Assembly (NCBI RefSeq): GCF_009914755.1 | Contig: NC_060925.1 | Strand: one strand, 5' to 3' | DNA: 64,000 nt | Origin: the human T2T-CHM13v2.0 reference genome, Homo sapiens | Part shown: in pieces, positions 1 through 20,944 of the stretch | Layout: every line of letters begins with the position of its first letter | How positions within the stretch are numbered: the stretch's first letter is position 1 | Position numbers and translations under genes: made by a program | The notes under the pieces: model-generated | What the model was told of the DNA's origin: nothing | Seen by the model: the letters and a program-made list of their open reading frames with translations, nothing else | The model's database searches: none

Positions 1-379
1 TTACAAAAGAAGTCAAATATAGCTTAATGTCATATAAATTAAAAAGCTTTCATACAACAGAGGAGCTAACTATGCTTGAGAATATGAGGGTAAGCTTCAT
101 AAAGTTGTGGTTTCAACTTAATGTGGAAGGAAAAGTAGTTGCTTCCACACTAAGTTGGATGTGGAAGGGGATGATATGGGAAACAAAACCACTAGGAAAT
201 TCATGAAGGTATGATATTTCATATAAAATATGAGGAACTTCTAGTTTTGCAATGAACAGAGTTCACAGGATTGGCTGGCGGAAGGACCAAAGGGCAGCAT
301 CAGGATCGACAGTGGAATAGTTAAGATCCACAGCTCTCCTGATACCCTTCGTCAAAGCTGGTACTTCCTCATTTTGTCT

Positions 380-1203
380 CATGTTAAAAAATGGTATCAT
401 CCCCAAATACCTATATCTTTAATATTTTTCCTCATCCTTCAGCTCTAATCTATTCATAAATCTACTGCCTGTTTACCTCTGAAATATACCTTGTCTATGC
501 CCTAGTCCAAGCCACTCACCTCTTTCCTGGACCACTGTAAAAGTCTTCTAACATCTACCCCTTTCCACTCTTATCCTCCTATAATCTGGTTTCTTCCCAG
601 AAGCAGGGTGATTTTCTTTTAAAGTTTATTAGTCTTTCAGTTCCCCATGTCACAGCCTTAACAGCTCTCTCTTTCTTCATGTTCTACAAGGTTCTACATG
701 ATCTGGCCTACCTCTCTGATCTCATCTCATTTTATCCCACCCTTTATCACATGTGCTCTAGCCACACTGATTTCTTTTTAATGTGTCTTATGTACTAGCT
801 TTTTCCTTTCTTGGGACATTACTCTTGCTCTTTCCTCTATCTGTTGCTCTTTCTCTGATCTCTAAATGACTGGACACTTCTAATCCTTCAAATCACATCA
901 TAAAGTCACTCTTTTAAGGGATGTCTTCCCTTACCATCCAGTCTATAATACCCTGATGGAAAAGTCACTTTCTATTTTATGATTTTATACTAGTTCTTAT
1001 TGCTATCTGAAATTATTTTTATCATCACTGTTAGTACTGTTGCTATTACTGTTATTTACTAATATATTTTCTTTTCTTTCCACTAGAATGTAAGTTCTCT
1101 GAGAACAGAAACCTGTCTTTTTCATAATTGTCTCCTGAACATCACCTACAGTGCTTAGCAAAAAGCAGACACACACTTAACACTTGTTGAATGGATGGAT
1201 GAA
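380..1203 (+). mobile_element. Degenerate LINE-2 3' fragment
   Basis: Ends in an L2-like 3' terminus (ctagaatgtaagttctctgagaacag...ttgttgaatggatggatgaa). Boundaries approximate. Confidence 0.5.
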
Positions 1204-1803
1204 GTTTTTCCTACCTGTACTATTACTCCCTTTCATAGCATTTCACTTACATTACATTAAGAAGGAAAAATTACACAAATTTATTTATTTAGCATTTTGT
1301 CAGGTACAAGAAATATTTGCCTACAGGGAGAAAACCACCACCACCACCAATCCTACTACTATATGCACTATATTAAGCACATGAGTTGATCAAGGGGAAA
1401 AAAGTTAGTTTCTCCAATTCATGGGCTTTGAGATTTTAAACGTTTTCTTAAATCATTAATGGAGAAATTTAAATAACCAAAACTTTGAATTAAGGATGGG
1501 AAACAGGGCTGATTTTAAAAATGGAAATATCACATAATATGTCTGTTTGAAATGGAAACATGACAAAAATTTGAAAATAGTTAAATATTTTGAGAATTCA
1601 GTTGGCTTCAATTGTTATTTTCTATTAGTGACGGATATCACAAACAAAAGACAGTCCTTATTTGTTATTAGGATTTATATATATACACACATATATAAAG
1701 ACTATATAGACTATATATATATACACTGCATTATATATATATGGAATATATATATGTTTGTGTATATATATATGTTTGTATGTATGTGTGTGTATATATA
1801 TAT

Positions 1804-2175
1804 GTTTGTTCTCATGCTGCTATAAAGAAGTGTCCAAGACTGAGTAATATATAAAGGAAAAAGATTCAATCCACTCACAGTTCCACATGACTGAGGAAGC
1901 CTCAGGAAATGTACAATCATGGTGGAAGGGGAAGCAAACCCATCCTTCTTCACTTGATGGCAGGAAGGAGAAATTCTGAGCAAAAGGGGGAAAAGCCCCT
2001 TATGCAACCATGAGGTCTTGGGAGAACTCACTCACTATCATGAAAACATCTGTATGGGATTACCGCCCCCATGATTCAATTTCAGTTACCTCCTACCAGG
2101 TCCCTCTCATAACACATGGGGGTTATGGGAACTACATTCAAGATGAGATTTGGGTGGGGACACAGCCAAACCATA
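1804..2175 (-). mobile_element. THE1/MST-type MaLR solo LTR flanked by TA-rich low-complexity DNA
   Basis: ctcatgctgctataaag...gagatttgggtggggacacagccaaaccata is the reverse complement of the THE1 LTR start. (TA/TG)n tracts at about 1676-1803 and 2173-2290. Confidence 0.75.
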
Positions 2176-2336
2176 CATATATACATATATACACACACGC
2201 ACACACACACAGAGTCTATATATACATACACACACACACATAAGGACTGTGTAGATATGTGTGTGTTTGTGTATATATATATATAAATACAGTCCTTATG
2301 TGTTTAAATATATATTTACTGTCCTTATTTATGTGG

Positions 2337-2339
<3 letters not shown>

Positions 2340-2376
<37 letters not shown>
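2340..2376. repeat. (TG)n microsatellite
   Basis: Perfect TG run of about 18 units. Confidence 0.95.
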
Positions 2377-2378
<2 letters not shown>

Positions 2379-2425
2379 ACTGCCAGAGGTTTAAAAAGGT
2401 TAAGATTTTATCAGTAAGAAAAAAC

Positions 2426-4334
2426 CAGTCACCTCTGCCAGCCCATGCACCATGTTGTCCTGCCGCTCCACTGTCCCACTCCTCCACCAGTCGCAATGGA
2501 AGAAGAGATTGCCGTACTGGTGATTGACAATGGCTCCAGCATGTGCAAAGCTGGCTTTGCTGGGGACGACAACCCCCAGCCATGTTTCCTTCCATCATCG
2601 GTGCCCCCGGCACCAGGGCATGATGGTGGGCATGGGCCAGAGGGACTCCTATGTGGGCTACATGGCTGAGAGCAAGCACAGTATCCTGACCCTGAAGTAC
2701 CCCCATTAAGCATGGTATCATGACCAACTGGGATGACATAGAGAAGATCTGGCATCACACCTTCTACAAGGGACTGCACATGGCCTTGGAGGAGCACCTG
2801 GTGCTGCTGACCGAGGACCCCCTGAACCTCAAGGCCAACAGAGAGAAGATGACTCAGATCATGTTTGATACCTTCAACACCCTGGCCATGTACGTGGCCA
2901 TCCAGGCTAGGCTGTCCCTCTACACCTGTGGTTGCACACTGGCATTGTCATGGGCTTTGGAGATGGGGTCACCCACATGGTGCCCATCTATAAGGGCTAC
3001 GCCCTCCCTGACACCATTCTGCATCTGGACCTGGCTGGCCAGGACCTGACCAACTACCTCATGAAGATCCTTACCAAGGTTGGCTATAGCTTCAGCACCA
3101 CTGCCGAGCGGGAGATCAGACACTACGTCAAGGAGAAACTGTGCTATGTTGCCCTGGACTTTGAGCAGTAGATGGCCACTGCCACATCCTCCTCCTCCCT
3201 GGAGAAGAGATATGAGCTGCCTGATGGCCATGTCATCACCATCGGCAATGAGGTTGCAGTGTCCCGAGACGCTGTTCCAGCCTTCCTTCCTGGACATGGA
3301 ATCTTGTGGCATCCACCCAGACCATCTTCAACTCCATCATGAAGTGTGACGTGGACATCCGCAAAGACCTGTAGGCCAACACGGTGCTATCTGGTGGCAA
3401 CATGTACCCAGGCATCACCGACAGGATGCAGAAGGAGATCACCACCCGGGCACCTAGCACCATGAAGATCAAGATGATCGCATCCCCAGAGCACAAGTAC
3501 TCCGTGTGGATCAGCGGCTCCATCCTGGCCTCACTGTCAGCCTTCCAGCAGATGTGGATTAGCAAGCAATAGTACAATGACTTGGCCCCCTCCATCGTCC
3601 ACCGCAAATGCTTCTAAATGGACTGTGAGCAGATGGCTAGCAATTGCTTCATGGGTTAATTCAGAAGTAAAAATTTGCCCCTGGCAAATGCATACACCTC
3701 ATGCTAGCCTCACCAAACTGGAATAAGCCTTAGAAAATAAGTTGTCTTTAAAGCTTGTATCTGATATCAGCACTGGATTGTAGAACTTGTTCCTGATTTT
3801 GACATTGTATTCAAGTTAACTGTTCCCCTTGGTATCTGTACATATCTTTGATTTCAGTCTTTAGTACATGTGGCTTGGTCACTTCATGGCTAAAAACGTA
3901 CTTGTGGAAGACAAGTCTGGCTTGGTGAGTCTGCATGGCCAGCAGTCTCTGATCTGTGCAGGGTATTAATGTGTCAGGACTGAGTGTTCTGGGATTTGTC
4001 TACAGGCTGGTAAGGGCTCCTTAACCAGTTGTTTCTGTCCTGTCGGTCTGTCAGGGTTGGAAAGTCCAAGCCATAGGACCCAGTTTCCTTTCTTAGCTTC
4101 TGTTGTCTGCCAGAACACCATGGGCTGTTACTCGCCTTGAGTTGGAAGCGGTTTGCATTTATACCTATAAATGTATTCATCCTTTTAATTTATGTAAAGT
4201 TTTTTTGTATGCAATTCTCGATCTTTAAAGAGATGACAACAAATTTTGGTTTTCTACTGTTACGTGAGAACATTAGGCCCCAGCAATATATCATTGTGTA
4301 TGGAAAAATAAAAGTGCTGCCAGAACCAAAAAAA
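2426..4334 (+). pseudogene. ACTG1P4: Full-length processed gamma-actin (ACTG1) pseudogene
   Basis: ACTG1-like 5' UTR, ATG at 2496 ([14 protein letters not shown], gamma-actin-type N-terminus). Intronless actin homology is spread over several frames, with frameshifts and in-frame stops (e.g. TAG 3169-3171 and 3570-3572). Ends HRKCF-TAA at 3617, followed by the ACTG1 3' UTR, AATAAA at 4307-4312 and an A-tract at 4328-4334. Symbol assigned from its position upstream of AMY2B. Confidence 0.93.
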
Positions 4335-4339
4335 CATTA

Positions 4340-4545
4340 ATTTCTAAAAGGTCATTTAGATGATTTCCATGAGAGACTTTTTAATGTTCTTCTCCTGTTA
4401 GGATTATTATTGATAATCCTTTTCAGATTATGAGTAAACAGTTTGCCCTCAAGTATTTATTCATGCTAATATTTACTTTGTAAAATGTGCTTCTTACAGG
4501 AATATAAATAGTTTCTGGAAAGGACACTGACAACTTCAAAGCAAA
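4340..4545 (+). promoter_or_regulatory. AMY2B proximal (pancreatic) promoter with TATA box
   Basis: TATAAA at 4503-4508, about 40 nt upstream of the ATG. Forkhead-type GTAAACA 4434-4440, TGATAA 4411-4416, AGGTCA half-site 4349-4354. Nearly identical to the AMY2A promoter. Confidence 0.75.
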
Positions 4546-12443
<7,898 letters not shown>

Positions 12444-12451
12444 AATTTAAA

Positions 12452-12457
12452 ATTAAA
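12452..12457 (+). terminator. AMY2B polyadenylation signal ATTAAA
   Basis: Variant hexamer 8 nt after the stop codon, conserved in AMY2A. Confidence 0.75.
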
Positions 12458-13264
12458 TGCATATCCTCAAAACAATAGCCAAGTGTGTTTCTTTTCTTAC
12501 ATATACAGTAATACTTATATTTCATTAATTTTTAGTAAAAGCTCTAATTAGTAATCAACTTGTAAAATTCACAAAAAAACCAATAGTATTAAAATCCCAC
12601 TTAATTGTTGAATAAGTGTAAGATAATAATAGTCAGCAAGTTGTTATGCTTTAGAAGACTGACTTTAACCTATTTAAGCTATGAACTCAGAAAAGCATCT
12701 CAACCAATATGTTTGTTGCCATTAGCATCATTTACCGAGCTGTGTACCTTTAATTTCTGCCATTCTATAATCCTTCCAAGGAGTGTTTTTATCAGTTAGT
12801 TAGGGATAGCTGGTTTAATGCTGATTCCCATGCAAAGTTAGCCCGGTTGTATGCTTTTTATAATATGCAAGTACTTCTGGTGTTAATAAGGTTAAAAAAT
12901 AGAAGAAACCTAAATTATACAATCTACAGTTATCAGTTCTATTGAGCTCACTGGAATCTTCTCCTACTTTATAGACTTCCTTCTTTTTCATTTTTTTCCT
13001 AATTGCTTAGACTTGTTGTATATGACTTTTTGTTCTTTTTCTTATTCTACAATCTGGATATTTATTTAGGGCTTTCATGACACCTTGTAGTCTGGGTTTT
13101 CTTCCCAATTCTCTACCTATTCATTCTTCTTCATCTTGACTTTACATATGGAATTCATTAGGGCTCTCATCTAGGTTTCCTTATAACTCTCAGTTGTTTT
13201 GTTTATGCTTAAATGAGAACATAGAGGCCATAACTCAGAAACTGTCTATTCTTCACCTATAAAT

Positions 13265-13754
13265 TGTCCCTGCCACAAAGCAGATTCACTGTGCATTGGT
13301 ACCACTTCGGCTCACTGCATCTTGGGCTGCAGTTTCTACTACTTAAGATTGAGTCCAGTGATTTAGAACATACACACAAAAAGTTGCATGAAGCAGGCTT
13401 ATTGCTTATAGATAGGCATCAAGTGACACAGAAGCCCGGCGTTCAGGAGGAGCCAGCCTCCCAAGACTCAGACCGTTTGCCCAGGGTGTTGAAGACTCAT
13501 TTGCACATGCCCTATTTGTACCACAGCTGAGGGACCCTTGAAAGAAGCCTGCCCCGTGTTTTATAACCCAGGCATCCCATGATACACTGGGCTAAAGCAC
13601 TTAAGGAAATGTTCTAAGAGGCACAGTAAGAGAGTCTGAGACTTATCTCAGGATGTTGCATTCCCAGCTCATTCTACAGCTATTCTTGAGATGCACAAGT
13701 TATAGAGGAGGAAAACCTGGGTTGCTCCAAGGCCACTTGGAGAGTTGTCCTGCA
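13265..13754 (-). mobile_element. Old solo LTR (ERVL, LTR47-like)
   Basis: TG...CA termini, about 490 bp. Minus-strand start tgcaggacaactctccaagtggccttgg resembles LTR47 from recall. No clear TSD. Confidence 0.45.
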
Positions 13755-13839
13755 TTTCCTCTAGCATTTTCCTTTTTTTTCTCCTATTACAATAAAGAAA
13801 GTACATGTCATTCTAAGAAAGGCCATTTTCTCTGCTTAA

Positions 13840-16445
13840 GTTAATGATACCATTCCATTTTTATCTTTTGGAGGACTTTAGATTATCCTCCCTCTTTTGA
13901 TTTAGCAGTCTTTCCCTTTCTTCTGCATTAGTCATCCTAGATTACATGTATTACAGTCTTCCAATTAAAAACATCAATGACCATCCTCAGATATTCTTCT
14001 GGGTATATTACTTTGCTCATTTCCTTGCTCCCTCTCCTAATTAAACATCTCTTTTTATCACACTGTCTCCACATCCTCAGCCTCCGTCATTATTCATCTC
14101 TCTACTGTCCAGTTTTCACCATTATCACTTCATTCAGTCTGCTCTTGTCAACATCATGAGTGACATTTATGTTACCAGTCCAATATATTTCTCTGTCCTC
14201 ACCTTAAACCACTTCATAGCAGTATTAATGATGGTGGGTCACTTTCTCTTTCTATCTTCCTTTTTTCGTGTTATTCTACTCTCCTGGTTGCCTTCTGTCT
14301 CATTGATTGCTCTGTTTCAGGTTTTTGTTTTTTTTTTTATCTTATTCTTAGGTGGATCATCTTATTCTGTTCCACCTAAGTCCTAACTTTTATCTATTTC
14401 TCTTCTTTATCTTCTCTTCTCTAGGTGATTGGAATCATTTCCATGGATTTTAAACAAATATTTTCTGTGGACACCTAGGTATCTTCAATTCAGAACTTGG
14501 ACTTCAGCCTCATACTTCCATCAGATGCTTGTTATCACCACTTCCATGTTCCACAGACATCTCATAATTAACATATTTAAAATGGAACCCTCATTTTTTT
14601 TCCTTGCATAAACCTTTTACTACATTATTTTCTTACTGCTTAGAAACCCAGGATATTTTCTGATTTATCTCTCTTAGCTCAACAACTTTATCTCTTCATA
14701 TAAACCTTAGCATGAACTATTAATTGTATCTTCAAAATATCTCTTCATTTATTGCACTTCTTTTGTATCTTCTATCACCCCTTTATCCAGCTCACAATTA
14801 TCTGTTCTCTGCATTCCAAAACAACTCTGCAACTGGTCTCCTATTTCCATTATTTTACTGTCTCCCTTTATTTTACTAAAGACCACAACATTATATTCAT
14901 ACAATTTAAATCCAATTAAAATGTTAATGCTTAAAACTCTTAAATTTTTATTGCATTCAGAATAATTCTAACCACTCATGGTAGCCTACAAAATCACACC
15001 TTATCAGACATGAACCTCAGTTCTATTCTTTTCCCTTGACAATCCCATAGCCTTAGGTATTCTGGTCTTTCGTCATTTTATTAAATATGCCATGTATTTT
15101 TATTTTATGTTGTGGACTTTTTGTATGTGTTTCTCCACTCTTTTGGAATCCTCTTAACTGAGTTCTTAGCATGGTTGGCTCCTGTTTTTATAAGTACTCC
15201 CAAACACAGGAACTAGCATTACCATTTTTTCAGTCCTGCAGTTCAGAAATCTGGGGCTTACGTTTGAAACCCTCTTCTCTTACATTTCCCAGAACAAATA
15301 AAGCACTGAATACTTTAGATTTTTGCATTCTATTTCTTCACTATATTATTTTCTCTTTCTACTTCTACTATCTAGTAACCCTTTTCTTCAATGACCAAAA
15401 TCTATTTTACTTCCAGCAATATGGTGAAAAGACTATCGACTCTTAATTTAAAGCCAGACTTTATTGTTTATAACAAATGCATTGCAGAATGTAAACAGAG
15501 AATGTAATCACAAGCCAGGGGCTGGGAGCACTTCATATTAGTTTCTTAACATGTCAGAACCACATTCTTTCATTTTTATAAGAGAGTAACCAGAGAGCCA
15601 CTTTAAGAATTTTTAGTGGTTAGCAGAGGAGTAGAGGAGAGTGCCCTTGATACACAGGTAGTGGTGAACATGTATCTTTACCCCCAGCAGGAGAGAAAAG
15701 ATAAACATTAGAGACATAAGCTAGCAAGCTTCAAAAAGGATATTTGAAAGGGGTTTTGTAATGGGATATCAGTTTTTGTACAAGGGAATTTATTTGTACA
15801 AGAGGTTACGGAGCTTTTCTCGGAGAATAAAACAAGCCTGTCTATTACTTGAAATTTTAACTTTTAGAATAGCTTACGTGCACTTATGCTGATTATTGAG
15901 GGGTTGACTGCAGCATCAGCGTCCACTTCAGTCCTTTCTCCAACCATTCCATTATCTACCATGCGATCAGAGTGATCTTTTCAAATCAGATAACCACCAC
16001 CACTTACCTTAGGATAAAAAGCCAAAATTCTTATCAGGGCTTGTAACCCTGTGCTTGAAGTCTTACCTCACTCAATTCTCCTCTTTAATTTCTGATCTCT
16101 AACCATGCTAATCTTTTAGTTACTGCAACTCAACAAGATCTTTTTAGTTCTTTAATTTCAATTCAAGAGACATTCTGCTCTTTCTGCTTGGAATGCTCTT
16201 TTCTTACCTCTTCTCCTAATTAACTCCTGTTCATCATTCAAATCTTAATTCAAATGCTGATCCTGCATGAATATTTATTCAGTATTAGGTCAAGTCCCCT
16301 GATGACTGTTAGCAATCTCTGTACTTCTTATCACTCAGCATAGTACTGTGGGAAATATCTGCATTGTTCTTTATTGAATCCTTAGTCTCAGGACATTATC
16401 CAGAATGTCTTACGAAGAGATCAATAATTATTTGTAAAATGAATT
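13840..16445 (+). mobile_element. Fragmented LINE-2 remnants
   Basis: Pyrimidine-rich L2-like body, ending in an L2-like 3' end (tatttgtaaaatgaattg). Boundaries approximate and the region is interrupted. Confidence 0.4.
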
Positions 16446-18078
16446 GAGATAATAATAAAAGAGAAAAATAAGAGAAAAAATGTATCTATTTTTGAGAAGG
16501 AGAACATTTTTAATGAAGATGTGGCCCTGGAATACAGATGTTTCTCTCATTTTTTTCCTATTTCTTCCCAAATTTAATTAATTTCTGGTTAACCCTGATT
16601 TCTCAGATCATAAAAATCATGGGGAAATCAACTACTTTGGCAATAACCCATCATGTTTTCAGGATTTGTAAGCCATAACAACAGTAAATTCTTTGGTGAG
16701 CTATACTCTCAGTAAGTAAATGAAGAATAATTCAAATATTATTGGGAAAATGATGCCACATTCATCTGAATATAATAAATGTGAAATTCATTTTACTATG
16801 TTCTTAGAACTTTGTAATACTAATTTATAATAGCAGTTTCATCCTTTAGATATTTCATTTTATCTACGGATCTAATTCTTCCTGTGAAATTACTGAGCTA
16901 TTTCTCTATTCTTAGAAGAGAAAATAACTCTTTGTGATAAAAATCATTACTATGTATAATTAGACTTCCGTTTACAAGTCAAACTGAACCAACGAACTTA
17001 CAATCATAGAATGTGACTAGTCACAGGGAATGGTTGGGGCATTAGCTCAGTACCTGTCCAAAGTGAGCTCATTATTATGATTATTAGTATCACCATTATC
17101 AATCAGCTTCCACATAAAGTGTACCTAAATGCTAGATCTATATGATAGCTTCCAAAATGACACTGATTTTTAATAATCCAAATCTTTAAAGAGATCACTT
17201 TCCATTTTAGAAAAATGAGATTTTTTTTTTTTTGGAAAAGATAGAAAAACCTCTAAGCATTTTAACCAAGGGTTTTAGAACACTTTATTTTTATGAATAT
17301 ATCAAAGCAAATTCCTTCTTTATTTTGAAAGTGACTGGAAACAATTTCACGGTCTTACTAAGGGCTAGTTTAAGTGAGTCTCAATTTTTCTTCTGTTTTG
17401 TTTGCTCTTACAACTTTCCTCACACACACACACACACAAAGGGAGATATAAAAAAATCTAGATATAACAGATGCAACTTACAATTTTTTGGTAAGAAATC
17501 ATAAAGTTTTAGAAAAAATCATTTAGGAGTGTCAATAAAAACGATATTTAAGAAAACAGTAGGAAAAGTGATATATTAAAAGACTTTTAAACACCTTTCA
17601 CAAGAAATTGAACAGATGTGCAAATACACATTATACGTTATCTATTTGCTCATTTTATCCTGTCCTTAAACATAAACTTTGAAGATAAAAGAAAGAAGTG
17701 TGGCTCAGGGTCACTCATGTAATCTGTTTTTAGGCAGAAACAGGTGTGTTGAAAGGTTTTTAGGTAAAACAACCACCACTTAGACTTCAATAAAGTAGTA
17801 TTTATTATTTTCCTATAATTGCAAATTTACCAAATGTAACTCACTATTTTTTCTTTAATATTTTCAAAGATATTTTTGAGTAATTATTATATTTTCACAA
17901 TCAATTCAGTAGACATTTTTGAAAAACTTATCTGAACCTAGTTTTCTCATCTGTGAAATGGAAACAATATATACTCTCTCAGTTTGTTGTGTCAAATGAG
18001 AAACCATATATGATATACTAACCACTGGTTCTGGCTAAATGCATACCTCCTCATCTTTTCAGTAAAGACATGACTGTT

Positions 18079-18389
18079 GGCCAGGCACGGTGGCTCACGC
18101 CTGTCATACCAGCATTTTGGGAGGCTGAGGCGGGCGAATCACTTGATGTCAGGAGTTCAAGACCAGCCGGACCAACATGGCAATACCCCATCTCTGCTAA
18201 AAATACTAAAATTAGCCGGGAGTGGTGGTGCATGCTGGTAGTCCCAGTCCCAGCTACTCGGGAGGCTGAGGCAGGAGAATGGCTTGAATGGCGCTGGGAG
18301 ATTGCAGTGAGCCAAGATCATGCCACTGCACTCCAGCCTTGGCAACAGAGTAAGACTCCATCCCAAAAAAAAAAAAAAAAAAAAAAAAA
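18079..18389 (+). mobile_element. AluS element
   Basis: ggccaggcacggtggctcacgcc...poly(A) of about 25 nt; flanked on both sides by actgtt. Confidence 0.93.
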
Positions 18390-19828
18390 GTAACTGTTAT
18401 TCTCAGTACTTTGGGCCAGCACAGTACTGATACTCTCCTAAAATCTAACTCAAAGAGAAAAATCACAAAGCATTGGAATTGGAGCAGAAAGTAATGTATT
18501 CTTGTTTGACATCTTTCCACATTCAGTCTGTGTACTGTTAGCTGAAAGCTAGTTGACACAAAATGCTGTCTTAACTTTAGTGTTGTTTCTAATTTAGTTC
18601 TAGGTCATAAAATTTGTAGGAAAGTCTAATTCCAAAACTTTATCAACAGCTTTGTTACGCTCAGGTATTATGATCAGATATCTTATGTGTGCTCTATGAC
18701 CTCAAGCAAAGATTAAATAAATCTGTACATTACAGTGAAGACCCACATCAACCAATGCAACATACATTTATTTTTCGCAGCACTCTTTTAGGTGCTTTGA
18801 AACATGTAACCCATGTTTAAGTGCAGAGGATAGCTGGCAAGGCAAAATATAACTATATGATGTGTTAATAAGAATACAGAGGAATAGTTAAAGTGATGCA
18901 TAATAAAGTACGGAAATATGTTGTTTGATTTCAAAGGAAGGGGATAGTACATATGCTGAAATGGCCTGGGAAAGCTTAATGATAAGGAAGGTCTTGAGAT
19001 GGGTAAGAGAGATTTGTAAGGAAGAGAAAGGAGGGAAATTTATTCCAAAAGAAGAAAAAGTATGACAAAAGCACAAAGGAATAAATGAGATGAATGGCAG
19101 AAAATAGATCAGTTAATCAGTGAGGCTAGAGAAGCACGTTTATGGAACACTAGTGAAAAATATGATGAAAAGGTAGAATGTGACCAATAACAGAAGGATC
19201 CATTTTCTATCAAGACTTTCTTATTAGATTTGATATGTTCATACCAGCAATGTCATCTCTGAATATAAAAGATATCTGTACTTACGCAACATAATTATAT
19301 GTTATCACTGGGAAATTCTAGGAAGTAATTATCAGTCCCTTTATTAATATTACTATAGAATTAACTTATTCAGTTATAGGGTACACTACGTTTATAGTTT
19401 ACTTCCTTCCTCCCCCAGCCTCCAGCTTTGTAATTTAAATGAAACTAAATTCCATCATAATTCACTCACTAACACATAGGACTGCCAACCTCTGAATGGC
19501 TTTAGATTTGCGTGAACCTGTATTTGTCAATGCTTGCTCCAGGATTCTATTGGCATATGTCGAAATAATTGATTTTTATGACAACCTGCTTCCTGCTTAC
19601 TGTTTTTTACCATAGGGAGGGAAAAAATAGAATTATCCCTTGATTTAGCTGTCAGTCAAATGACAACTCAAGCATGCTATAAAATTAAAGAAAGCCCCAC
19701 ATTCTACCAGGAACTGATGATTTTAGTGATACTGCTCTCTTTGTAGAAGAAATAAAGTATTTTCATATCTTATGATGAATATCACTATAATACATTAAAA
19801 TATAGAATTGCATCCAGCAAAATATCCT

Positions 19829-20930
19829 GAAGTGGACAAAATATGCCCCTCCAAAATATGCCATTTTTGCACAATAATTTTTTTGAGCAGAAAGCAATTA
19901 GCTCACTGACTTTCACCTTTCTAAAAGCAAGACATAAATTTCAATTTGTAAAGACGTCTCCCTTTAGTGTACTTGTAAGAAAACTACTCCATAGACAACT
20001 CTTAATAGCTGATGACTTATCTGCATAAGAAACTTTATTAAACAATCCTGATTTAGAATACATTTCTTCCCCCACTTTCCCGTAACTTACCTCCTGCACC
20101 GAGCAGCCCTAAACTTCTTTTCTTTGGCTAGTCTAAGATATACACCCCAAATCCTAATTGCCTCTTTGCATCACATTTCTTTGTGAATTTCCATGTGTAT
20201 GTACATAATTAATTGTTATTTTTCTTGTTAACTTGTCTGTGATCAGTTTAATTTGTAGGGTCCCAGACACTGAACCTAGGATGGAAGAGAAAAAGTGTTT
20301 CTGCTTTCCTATGGCTTAGGCAACCATGAATGGACAGGCAGGGCATCCCACTTGCTCCAGAGGCTGCAGCTCAATTGAGATCTGACAAAGCTGATGTGAA
20401 AACTTTACTGAACCAGATCCTGGAATTTTGCCTACAAAAATACAAATACAGAACTCTGTTTTTTCTTTTCCAAATTCAGATTTGCACGAGAATAAAATTA
20501 TAAGAATTAGTTCTTTGGAATGTGATTCTGGTGAATTTTCTCCTGAGTATCATTGGTTATTGACCCTTTCACTCCCAGGGAGAGCCATTGCTTTCCTGTG
20601 TGTCTCATTTTGTGTCTTGAGCGCTTGGATTCACTTTCTTCCTGGTGGCAGGGTCCACATTGTTGGGCTTGCTGTACAGGCAGTCAGTCATCAGATTGTA
20701 TGCCCTGAGAATTTGTAGATGGTCAGATAGAGATGCAGGTTGCACTGTCTTGCTACTGATGTTCTACCAACCCTCTCAGAGGGTTTGTCTAAATTTTTAT
20801 TTCTTTTGGCTATTGCTGGGAGGAACTCCATATCATAAGGACTTCATTTTTGCACTCTCTTTGTGGATACCTCTTACGTTCTTGGCTATCTACATTATTA
20901 AATATGTTTTTTCCCTCTCTTATTAATCTT
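19829..20930 (+). mobile_element. Old ERV1 LTR (MER90/92/101-like) with adjoining internal sequence
   Basis: Start aaaatatgcccctccaaaatatgccattttt...ttttgagcagaaagcaatt is typical of this group. LTR ends near 20313. Family uncertain. Confidence 0.45.
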
Positions 20931-20944
20931 TTATTTATTTAAAA

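Noticed and set aside
1547-2527. ORFs rich in YI/CV/HT repeats
   Set aside because: Translations of dinucleotide repeats and a MaLR LTR.
2445-3572. Actin-like ORFs, including an N-terminally extended 74-aa ORF, as a functional retrogene
   Set aside because: Multiple frameshifts and stop codons, heavy CpG decay and substitutions at conserved actin residues; nothing in the sequence supports translation.
2329-3607. Long minus-strand ORFs (122-136 aa)
   Set aside because: Antisense shadows of GC-rich actin coding sequence and the TG repeat.
18051-18559. Alu-derived ORFs here and near 31, 35.5 and 48.3 kb
   Set aside because: Standard Alu translation artefacts.
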